The notes below the pieces were generated by a model. That model searched no databases. It was not told the origin of the DNA and saw nothing but the letters and a program-made list of their open reading frames with translations. DNA of 64,000 bases, from contig OW569372.1 of the NCBI GenBank assembly GCA_937625935.1, forward strand, positions 414,754-478,753, in the 5' to 3' direction. This document shows positions 23,424-32,381 of the stretch, piece by piece. The position numbers and the translations under genes are program-made. This DNA is from Tetramitus jugosus (lineage: Eukaryota > Protista > Heterolobosea). Each line of letters opens with the position of its first letter. Within the stretch, counting starts at the first letter, position 1.

Positions 23424-24619
23424 ATGCAACCTGCTATCAACTCCAAGGTTCGCCTTAACCGTATTCTCGGTATGATCTATGGACAGGCATTGGGTGATGC
23501 CTTTGGTTTGTCGACAGAGTTCATGGACGTGAGAACAGTGCATGCTACATTTGGAACTGATAACACAAAGATGATACCATTCCCTGTGACAAAGTATATG
23601 CTAAAGACACCTCACTCGAGACGTTGGCTATCAGGTGATTGGACCGATGACACAGACCAGATGTTGTTGATCATTAGAAGCTTGTTGAACAATGATATGA
23701 AGGTGGTGGAGCGTGATTTTGCCAGAAAGTTGTACGATTGGATGCGTGAAGGATTTCCAGAGTGTGGAGATAATGGAGGAATGGGTATTGGAGCAACAGT
23801 GTACTCTGTTTTGACCCATCACAAATTTTTGGATGACCCTGTGGGCGTTGCTCAGGAAGTTTGGGAGAAGGGTGGTCGTAATTTGGCTGCCAATGGAGCT
23901 GTCATGAGAACTTGTATGTAACTTTATAGTGCTTAGTAACAGAGTAGTGGGTACAGTTTTTAGTTTCTTGTTGACTTGACTAACAATCGAGTATAGCTAT
24001 CCTAGGAGCAGTTGATTCTGAAGATTTGAACAAGGTGATTCAAAACACGACAAGGGTTTGCAATGTGACACATGCTGATCCAAGATGTGTTGCCAGCTGT
24101 ATTGCCATCACTGTTCCAATCGCATTAATTTTACAGGGAAGACCTATCGATACTCACGAGCAAGTATTAGCTATTCTGGAAGAGGGAAGGACTGAAGCTT
24201 TAAATGCCCTGGAACGATTGAATGCAGAAAAACAGTGGATTGATGAATTTAATGAGTACTTTGATGCTCCATCAATTGATGCCTTACGTTTGGATGAGAG
24301 CTCTGCGATCGGATACACATACAAGTGTTTTGCTTGTGGCATCTATGCTCTTCGTAATTTGTCTGATCCTAATTACAACAAGGATTACAAACTATTGTTC
24401 AACGAAATTGCATTCAAGGGAGGTGATTCTGATACAAACTTGGCCGTAGCAGGCGCCATGACCGGTGTGTATCTCGGATTGGACAAGTTAGACAAGGAAT
24501 GGATTAAGGCATTTCCCCATGCTTGGTTCATTGAGCACCTTGCCAAAACATTCTGCACGCAAGGACTTCTTTTTGACAATGACCAAGTCACCGAAGTGTT
24601 ATCCGACATCCGTAAATAA
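23424..24619 (+). CDS. ADP-ribosylglycohydrolase (DraG/ARH family); intron 23914-23996
   Basis: GQALGDAFG, WTDDTDQ, ANGAVMRT|SILG, THADPRC, GGDSDTN. Confidence 0.92.
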
Positions 24620-24826
24620 ACGGTTTTGCCGACGGAAGAACCTCAGAAAGTCCATTCCGATCAGTTGTAACCAAAAGACCTTACAAAACACATCAAACGT
24701 CACCACATGTCAAATTGTACGTGGCATCTCGCTTAAAACTGATCTGCTGATCAAAACACAAGCTTCCTCCAGAAAAACAATAACAAAAAACCTCAAAACC
24801 AACAACATAACCAAATATCAACAACA

Positions 24827-25198
24827 ATGAGCTGGCAAGCATACGTCGATCAAAACTTAGTCGGAACCGGACACATCACCAAGGGTGCCATCTTTGGCGT
24901 TCAAGGAGGAAAGTGGGCTTGCTCCGCTGGATTCAACATTACCGATGCTGAAGCTGCTGCCATCACCCAAGGTTTCTCTGGTGTCAGTACTGGATCTTAC
25001 CAAGTCGAAGGCCAAAAGTACATGCAATTGGCTGCTACTGACTCTACCATCAACGGAAAGTTGGGCAAGGGTGGATTCGTTGCTGAAAAGACCGGTATGG
25101 CTGTTGTCATTGGTATCTACCAAGAGCCACAACAACCAGGTAATGCTGCTGTTGCTGTTGGTAAGTTGGCTGATTTCTTGAGAGAGAACGGTTATTAA
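24827..25198 (+). CDS. Profilin
   Basis: MSWQAYVDQNLVGTG...GQKYM...KTGMAVVIG.Y...KLADFLRENGY; strongly biased, high-expression codon usage. Confidence 0.97.
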   Translation: MSWQAYVDQNLVGTGHITKGAIFGVQGGKWACSAGFNITDAEAAAITQGFSGVSTGSYQVEGQKYMQLAATDSTINGKLGKGGFVAEKTGMAVVIGIYQEPQQPGNAAVAVGKLADFLRENGY

Positions 25199-25341
25199 AT
25201 CAATGAAAAAAAAACTTGTATAACATAAACACAATTGTAACAAACAAAAAACGACAACAACAAAATATTCTTCTTCATTCATGCAAAGCTTTCACGCTGT
25301 TTCGCGTTCTATTAGCAAAGCATTTTTCATTGCTCCTTTTT

Positions 25342-26397
25342 TTATTTGAATTGGTGATCGCTAGGAAAGGTTACATGAGGCAACAAATTGTCTAATCCAA
25401 TCTCCTCAGTGATCAATTTGAGTTGTTGCTCATTCTTGGCAAAGAAACCGTGGAGGAATGCAAGAGAATTGCAACTGATCCCCATGTAATTTTCTCTGCT
25501 TCTGGGTACGAGGAGCATCCAATTGCGATTCATCAGAAAATTATAGTTTGTAAACTTGGATCGACTCAGAGAGATTTCGTGCATTTCAGCTCCATTGAGA
25601 CAAGAAACACTCAAGAATCGTTCTTCACCTTCTTGTGCGACATTGTGCTCACCGTCTTCATACACGTCAATGGACCGTAAAAGTTTGACGTAAGAGTCAG
25701 TCAATTGTTCAGCTCTTTGTTCGATATCATTGCCAAAAATGTGTTTGATGGACATGAATGCGTGCTTGAAGTGCCAGAATGGAACCTTGGAAATAGTGGA
25801 GTCCTGTTCAACCAAAGCATCAAAAATGGGGATCAATGGGAACTCCACTGTGTCATCGTTGCCCTCTTCGAACGAAGCTCTCGTGCTGCGATCACCAGGA
25901 ATTAATTGAATGTGCTTGTGTGGTTGAGAAGCTCCGCTGTACAATCCACGATTGTAAAATACAACCCAATCGGGGGTCAATTGTGCCTTTGTGCCGACAA
26001 TCGCTGCAAAATCGCTCCGATTCAAGTGGTTCGTTTGCTTCTCAAACTCTCTTGTGAGCAAGAGTAAGTGATACTCAACAACACAAAACTTGTTGAGAAC
26101 AATTGCATGATGAGGCTCAATCTTCTCCGCTATACAAAGCTCTTTTTCAAAAGGACGGAATGGATCAATTGCCGTAGAGGCTTGAACCGTCACAGTTTTC
26201 TCCGATTCTTTTTTATCCGCTGGATCAGGTTGAACTTCATTTTCCAAGGCGGAAGTTTTCAATATTTTACCGCCAGCGACCATGTTGATCAAATAGTGAG
26301 GTTCCTTGTGGATACGTGTTGTTTTGATTGGGATCAAATGAGAGGAAGCAAGTGCCTGATTGGTCACTTGTGCAATCTTGTTCATCAAGGTGCTCAT
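25342..26397 (-). CDS. Ap4A phosphorylase / ATP adenylyltransferase (APA family)
   Basis: DPFRP, LNKFCVV..HLLL.T..FEKQ, FYN.G..SGASQPHKHIQ (HxHxQ), MLLVPRS, NSLAF. Confidence 0.9.
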   Translation of the reverse strand: MSTLMNKIAQVTNQALASSHLIPIKTTRIHKEPHYLINMVAGGKILKTSALENEVQPDPADKKESEKTVTVQASTAIDPFRPFEKELCIAEKIEPHHAIVLNKFCVVEYHLLLLTREFEKQTNHLNRSDFAAIVGTKAQLTPDWVVFYNRGLYSGASQPHKHIQLIPGDRSTRASFEEGNDDTVEFPLIPIFDALVEQDSTISKVPFWHFKHAFMSIKHIFGNDIEQRAEQLTDSYVKLLRSIDVYEDGEHNVAQEGEERFLSVSCLNGAEMHEISLSRSKFTNYNFLMNRNWMLLVPRSRENYMGISCNSLAFLHGFFAKNEQQLKLITEEIGLDNLLPHVTFPSDHQFK

Positions 26398-26564
26398 TTG
26401 CTTGAATGACACTCAATCTGTTTTTTATGATGCTTTTTTTGGTCCAGACCAAGCTTTGAAAGTCAAAGAAAACTTGCTTGAGTAGTCTGACATCATCTGA
26501 GATGTTTATTGAGTGAATAGTTAGAATAGGTTGCAAAAATTGAGTGAGCTGTACTGGTGTGCAA

Positions 26565-28871
26565 TTAAGTGGATACAAATACCACAATTGCAATCAAGAA
26601 ACCGAGAGCAGCCGTCAGTACGAGCACGCTGAATGTGTTGTTTGGTGCCTCGGATTGGGAGGTGTGGGGATTTGAACCGTGAGGTGGATTGCTGATACTG
26701 ATACTGGCAGAATCACGAGGAATTGGGTTGCCAGAGGAGTCAACCGGATTTCCAGAAGAGTCGACTGGGTGAGTATGACTTGCGCTTGGTGGAGGTGGAG
26801 GTGGTGGTGGCATGACAGAGGTTAGATATGGATACAAATTTTGAGCACAGGTATACTTGGAAGGGTCATAACATCCATCTGCACATGCCATCCTACCAGT
26901 TGGACAAATAGTTGTTCCATTGCAGATTTGAGTTTTGGCATCATAGCACTTTCCAAAACAGCAACTGTTAGGACAATTGAGACATGGATCAGGTGAATTG
27001 GCATTGCATGCTTGACCTCTCTGACACAGAGCTCCATATGAACAATAGAAAATCTTGGGGTTATAGCATGCACCACTACAGCAAGCAGTGCCTTCTCCAC
27101 AAGGGTTGGCAACACAGCAACTATCTGGAGGATATTGCTTGTTGGCTTGTTCAGTGCTCAATAATCCATAGATATTAACTGTCGCCATTCTGTTAGGATA
27201 TGAAGGCATCGAAGGTACAATGACCTTTCCATTGGTAACAACAGCATGACTGAACTTGACCAGGTTACCCATAGAATCTCGGCATGGGACTTGGTTGGAG
27301 TTCCATAATTCTTGACCAATATTATCCGCAACATATGCTCTCAATACACCAGCTCTAGTTTCTCTGTTTGCACTGCCTTGTGTGGAGTGAATGGCCCAAA
27401 TAATACCCGTGTTGATATCCAATCCATTTGCACTTAGTGAAAGCATACCTCCAGGGAATCCGACAGGTACTTTTGCATCGGCTACAGGAGCCATCTCTAC
27501 ATTATTTAGATCCATCTGTCCATTGACAAAGTTGAAAGACTTCAAAACGTCGTGCACTGGCCACACATAGACTCTTGTTCTTCCGTTAGCATTCCAACCA
27601 GTCAATGCGCCGTGAGTACCCATAGTCAATGTTGGATAATCGGTACCAGAGCTTGGATTTGGTTTGAAGTATTGAAGATTGTTGTTGGTTGTTGCACTGT
27701 TCTTACCCATATTGTTCTTATCCACGACATAGCAGTAACCTTGTTTGGAGCAACCGAACAAATTGTTCGTTCCTGGAATTATCAACGGACCTGCTGTTCC
27801 CAGATCCAAATCCAAATCCCAAAGTTCCTCCCAGTTATATGGAGTGAAGTAATCGACGACACCATTAATCAAATGACCATTACTATCCACCTTTGATGGG
27901 TCAATCTTCAAATAACTATTACCCCAATCGGTTCCAGGATTGAAATAACCATTGGCACTAATTGCATAGAGATAAGGTGCTTCGTAGATGAGACCGAGAC
28001 CAGATTGCCAGATAGAACCTTCTTTCTTGCTTGGTGTCGTACATAGGATCATCTTCCTCTGCAAGGTTGTCTTATCATATCCAAACAACCAACCATGATA
28101 GATTGGCGCCGTACAATAACTACCAAATCCAAAGTATAGGACTCCATTGTCAGCCAGAGTCAGAGACAATCTCTGATTCTGAGTCAAGCTCGTGAACGTG
28201 ATGATACCATTGACAGAGCCGTCTCCTGTTCCAGGATATTGACCTTCGATCACAACGGGGCTGTTTGCACGGTTCTCTCCACTTGTGATATCAACAGCAT
28301 ACAGCCTATGCTTGATCACATAGGGCGTATCAGATTCCTTGGTCACAGCAACAAAGTACATTGTCTTTGTTGCTTGGTCAATGACCGGTGTGCTCACAAT
28401 ACCTACTTCGACCTGAATGTCCGTATAGGTTGTGCAGTGGGCACTTGGCGCACCAATTTTCTTATCAATGATTGGTAGAGGTGCTCCAACATTTCTCTCC
28501 CAAAGTGGAGCAGCTGTTGTCGATGTATCATCAGCATCGAACGCATACACATTGTTGCCCATGGTGGCGATGAACAAGACATTGTGAGCCTTGTTATCCT
28601 TTTTCATTACAAGGTTGGGAATGTATAGGACTTGTGCGTACACTTGTCCTTCCACTGTCCTCGAAGTGATCTTTCCGAATTGATTCTTATTCACATTCTG
28701 TATGTTCAGTGTTGTTTCTTGCAGATTGCTGTTTGGTCTCAGATTCGTGTAAGCTCTGGTCCAGATTGGAATATTGTCTGCCAGTACCGTTGATTTATGT
28801 TGCATGTGGCTCATGAAGAGTAGAATGAGGGCAAAGCATGCCACTAGAAATGCTTTGGGTCTGAGTTGCAT
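26565..28871 (-). CDS. Cell-surface PQQ-like beta-propeller protein with Cys-rich (CBM52-like) repeats, a Pro/Ser stalk and a C-terminal TM/GPI signal
   Basis: Signal peptide. NLQETTLN..NV, GQVYAQVLY, GIVSTPVID, NQR..L, YHGW, IWQSG, DYFTP.N, DLDLG, KQG, LRAY...ELWNS motifs. CYNP..FYC/CYDA..QIC/CYDPSKYTC repeats. Confidence 0.8.
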   Translation of the reverse strand: MQLRPKAFLVACFALILLFMSHMQHKSTVLADNIPIWTRAYTNLRPNSNLQETTLNIQNVNKNQFGKITSRTVEGQVYAQVLYIPNLVMKKDNKAHNVLFIATMGNNVYAFDADDTSTTAAPLWERNVGAPLPIIDKKIGAPSAHCTTYTDIQVEVGIVSTPVIDQATKTMYFVAVTKESDTPYVIKHRLYAVDITSGENRANSPVVIEGQYPGTGDGSVNGIITFTSLTQNQRLSLTLADNGVLYFGFGSYCTAPIYHGWLFGYDKTTLQRKMILCTTPSKKEGSIWQSGLGLIYEAPYLYAISANGYFNPGTDWGNSYLKIDPSKVDSNGHLINGVVDYFTPYNWEELWDLDLDLGTAGPLIIPGTNNLFGCSKQGYCYVVDKNNMGKNSATTNNNLQYFKPNPSSGTDYPTLTMGTHGALTGWNANGRTRVYVWPVHDVLKSFNFVNGQMDLNNVEMAPVADAKVPVGFPGGMLSLSANGLDINTGIIWAIHSTQGSANRETRAGVLRAYVADNIGQELWNSNQVPCRDSMGNLVKFSHAVVTNGKVIVPSMPSYPNRMATVNIYGLLSTEQANKQYPPDSCCVANPCGEGTACCSGACYNPKIFYCSYGALCQRGQACNANSPDPCLNCPNSCCFGKCYDAKTQICNGTTICPTGRMACADGCYDPSKYTCAQNLYPYLTSVMPPPPPPPPSASHTHPVDSSGNPVDSSGNPIPRDSASISISNPPHGSNPHTSQSEAPNNTFSVLVLTAALGFLIAIVVFVST

Positions 28872-29774
28872 CGTGTACTAATTGATGTCTATCTACAGTA
28901 GTTGTTACTTCTAAGGGTTGAATTTGGTTGTGTTATGAGGATCGCAATCTCACGTAAACTATTGAGGATCCCTTAGATAATGAATGATGCCTTTGATTTG
29001 TTGTTGTTTGTTAGTGCTATAGATCACACGTGGTGTTGTGAGCTTCCTGTTTTTAAATCGGCCGTCATCTGGTTGTGCAATGGCCAGAAATAACTCAACT
29101 TGCGAATGAACACAGCATTGCTTCTTGGCTTTTCGGACCATTGCCAGACCCATGTTTGGCTCCCAACAATTTTTGTGTTGCAGTTGTTCTTGACGGAAGA
29201 CTAAAAAAAACATTTGACTGGGAATTGCCAGTGATGTTTACTATCCCCGGAAAGCGAATTCCTTTTGCTTGGGATTTGCCCAAGAGAATCGAACCTGGCA
29301 GTCCAATAACTTATTGTTATTTGGAGGATTCGATTGCTTCTGACTCCAACGCACCCATCTACTAATCCTTGAAGTGGGATAAGTAATCAAGCATCCCATA
29401 TTAAAATCGAGGGAGCACGACCAAAATTCTGGAGATAAGAGGTAAAGTGCATGACCGCAAATATTCTCTATTCAACACAACAAAGCATCCAATTTACTGA
29501 TTCGTCGTAACTGCCTCACAGTTCAGAGTCACAAAGTGGCTCGTGGGATTACACTCTATTCCGAGTTGTGATCCCATTTTCGTCCAATCAACAGAAGTAT
29601 TTCAAAACTGATTCTTAAGTTTGCAACCTCAGGACAGGCGTCGCTTTCATTTCCATTATTCTGATCAGATCGACGTACTCCCAACGAAGAATCATTTTGT
29701 GTTTTAAGCCCTCAGATATGGAGTACCAGGTTTTGAGCACCAATCCAACTCAGAGTTAACATACCAGTTTGTGA

Positions 29775-29945
29775 TTTTAAATACAACCATGCCCTCTTTG
29801 TTGTCTTGATTTTTCACATTCCTTGGCTCTAGTTCGTTACCAGTTGATGGGCAGACATCTCCCCTTGATACTGTTCATGTTTGTTTTGGATTTTTTCGTT
29901 TGTGCCAGCCACAGATTTCATCTCCTCTGTGTGCATAGTGTTCCA
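29775..29945 (-). mobile_element. Internally deleted short non-LTR retroelement remnant (copy D)
   Basis: Patches homologous to copy A (NMNSIKGRCL vs YVNSVKRRCL; AACTGGTAAC) and the same 3' end ATGGTTGTATTTAAAA. Confidence 0.6.
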
Positions 29946-29964
29946 AAAACGAGGAAATAGCTCA

Positions 29965-30500
29965 TTTTTTTAATATTTCGGTTGCTCTTTTGTTTTCTTC
30001 AGCCATCGCTCGCAGAGCGGTGGCTCTTGGTCACCTCGCTTTTGTTGGTCACCTTGCTTTCTTTTCTGCCACTGTAGCTTTGAGTTCATTCACCACCAGG
30101 CATTGGTGATATCTTGAACGGCGTCTATTTCAATCCCCATCATACCCATGAGGAATTCCCTACACGTCCACCTCAGTGGTCGCTTTTCAGTCTTACCTTC
30201 CTTGCCTCACATTGTCGAACCCAATATCGATACAGCTATCGGAGGCTACTCCCATAGCTGTTAACTCCTTGCTGACTGTCAATGCCAGATAACGAGCTGT
30301 TTATCGAGGGCATTTGACGAGGCAGTGCAACACACTTTCTGGTTCTTTCTTGCACCATGTACACAAAGTGGATGTTTCACTGGGATTATACACCCACCGA
30401 CAACCTCGTTTGTGTGAAGGGTACCACTCCTTACTTGAAGTTGAAACCGTTCAAGTCTTCTGTCTACGTGGGTATTTCATGAAGCAGAAATCTTCCCCTC
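29965..30500 (-). mobile_element. Degenerate non-LTR retroelement 3' fragment with zf-RVT (copy C)
   Basis: Frameshifted QVRSGTLHT...CTWCKKEPESVLHCLVKCPR...REFLMGMMGIEIDA. 3' hairpin at 30001-30025. AAGAGCAACCGAAAT followed by an A-tract. Confidence 0.75.
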
Positions 30501-30619
30501 TATAGTTGGCACACGAACTTCACTGCTCATGCTTTGAATCTTGTGTCTTTGTTGTTTTTGATCATCATCTTCAATTGTTGAATCTCGAGTTTGAGTTGGT
30601 CAATCTCTGGATGCATTGA

Positions 30620-31000
30620 CTAGTTTTTTTGGTTTTTGACTTGAGCTTCAGTCAGGAGTCGTAGAGTGTGTGAAAGGTCGGGCAGCGACTCTTTACTCAA
30701 TTTCAAAGCTTCGTGCCTTGTGATTGGTTACTTCTCTAGCTTCATTCCGTTCTTCGCCAGTGCATCCATAACTTCGTCAAGAGCTTCACTCTCAATGCCC
30801 ATCATTCCCGTGAGGTACTCCCGACCGGTCTTCCGAGATCTCGGGAAAAGCAACCCGTTTCTGAACACCACCTTGTCAAATCACAAATTTACAGTCGATC
30901 CTCGATGCAATGGAAGTCTGAGCAGTTTGTTTTAAACTTCCAACAAAAGTTTTCGACCAGTATCGATTGCACACTGGCACCTGATCAGACATTGAATCAA
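30620..31000 (-). mobile_element. Degenerate non-LTR retroelement 3' fragment (copy E)
   Basis: QCLIRCQCA...FDKV...REYLTGMMGIESEALDEVMDALAKNGMK with in-frame stops; homologous to copy A. Confidence 0.7.
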
Positions 31001-31065
31001 TCGCTCAAGAAGCCCCTCTGCAGATCTTTTGATGTTTCGTGGTTGGATCTCCCCCAAAAATTGCA

Positions 31066-31400
31066 TCATTCGAACCATAGAGCCAACTTGGCAGTGTCTG
31101 GTGGTTTCAGCCTTTTCAACTTATCTTTTAGTTCCTCTGCCACTTTACTTCTTGCTGCTTTGGCATGATCACACTCAACCAGCAGATGAATGATGGTCTC
31201 GGGACTTTTGCCACAAAGTGAACATGAAACATCGCCTAGGACATTGTACAACTTCTGCATGACCTCTTTCGCATGCAAGGTACCACTCCTGACTTGGTGG
31301 TAGAACCACAGTTCCTTCCTGTCCAGTCCAAAAGAACATTTCAAGAAATAGTTCCACTCCACCAAACGCCGAATCAAGCCACCATCCTCCATTTAATCCA
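31066..31400 (-). mobile_element. Non-LTR retroelement zf-RVT fragment (copy B)
   Basis: WFYHQVRSGTLH...CSLCGKSPETIIHLLVECDHA (CxxC..E...H...C zf-RVT motif). Confidence 0.75.
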
Positions 31401-31472
31401 ATAATCTCTGTCCTCTGCTTTGCAACTAATTCCACTACTCCTTCTCGAATGATGGGATTCTCGTTGACCACA

Positions 31473-32200
31473 TTTTTTTTTTAAATACAACCATTTCGGT
31501 TGCTCTTTTTATTGTCTTGCTTATTCGCTTGCCTACGCTCGAAGAGCGTAGGCCCTGGTTAGTTACCAGTTGGTAGGCAATGATTCTCGGAGAGCGTCAT
31601 TGCCGTTGATTACATTTATCCTTCGTTGTAGTGAACAGGTGGTGGAGAGTCTTAAGACATCTCCTCTTGACACTATTCACATATGTTTTGGCTTTCTTCT
31701 GTGCCAGTGGCTTCTTCATTCCTCCAGACATAAGACCCTCAGCGACCTCCGTGATGGCGTCCGTTTCTATGCCCATCATTCCTTGCAGCAGTTCACGGCT
31801 AGACTTTTTGATTGGTTGCCTGACAACCTTTCCTTCCTTCAGTCGCACCTCATCAAACCAAACATCGGCGTAGGCAGAGTCCGGGATTCCCATATTCTTG
31901 AGCTCATGCCCCACTTTCACAGCCAATTGCCTTCTAATCATAATGGCCCTTGGACACCTGATCAAACAATGTAGCACACTTTCGGGCTCACTCTGACACC
32001 AGCTGCACATGATCTGTTCCTCACCAGTGTTGTATAGATATCGTACAACTTCTGCTGTGTGGAGTGTTCCACTGCGTACCTGTGCATGAAACCATTTCTC
32101 GTTGACCACACAAAATGTGGAAATAGTTCAATTCCAGTGTTAGAGTGTCTACGTTCATACAATGGTGGAACCACCTCTTCCCATTTCGAATAGAGAAGTT
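31473..32200 (-). mobile_element. Best-preserved short non-LTR retroelement (copy A): zf-RVT ORF, 3' hairpin, poly(A)
   Basis: ORF 31597-32109 contains CSWCQSEPESVLHCLIRCPRA. Perfect hairpin at 31531-31553. A10 tail at 31473-31482. 15-bp direct repeat at 31458-31472 and 32096-32110. Confidence 0.8.
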
Positions 32201-32381
32201 AAGCACCATCTGGCTGAGTTAGTATTGAGATAGGAGACTACTCGAGAACCCTCAGTAATGTAGGCTTTTGTTTTGGGCTCATTATGGAGCTTCTTCGAAT
32301 GGAGGTACTTTGACGTGTGGGCTTTTGTTATGATGTGTGGTGCTGTTTATTCTGAGCACTGCTTCATTTATTCAAAGGTTT

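Noticed and set aside
29180-29570. Possible decayed Rab-like pseudogene on the + strand (LLLFGG, TKILEIRGK, HKVARGITL patches)
   Set aside because: The patches are short, in different frames and separated by stops; too weak to call without a search
30535-30620. Short coiled-coil peptide MHPEIDQLKLEIQQLKMMIK on the - strand, possibly a LINE ORF1 start
   Set aside because: Only about 29 codons with no diagnostic motif
28900-32380. tRNA or other Pol III gene as the target of the retroelement stack
   Set aside because: No cloverleaf or properly spaced A/B boxes were seen on either flank
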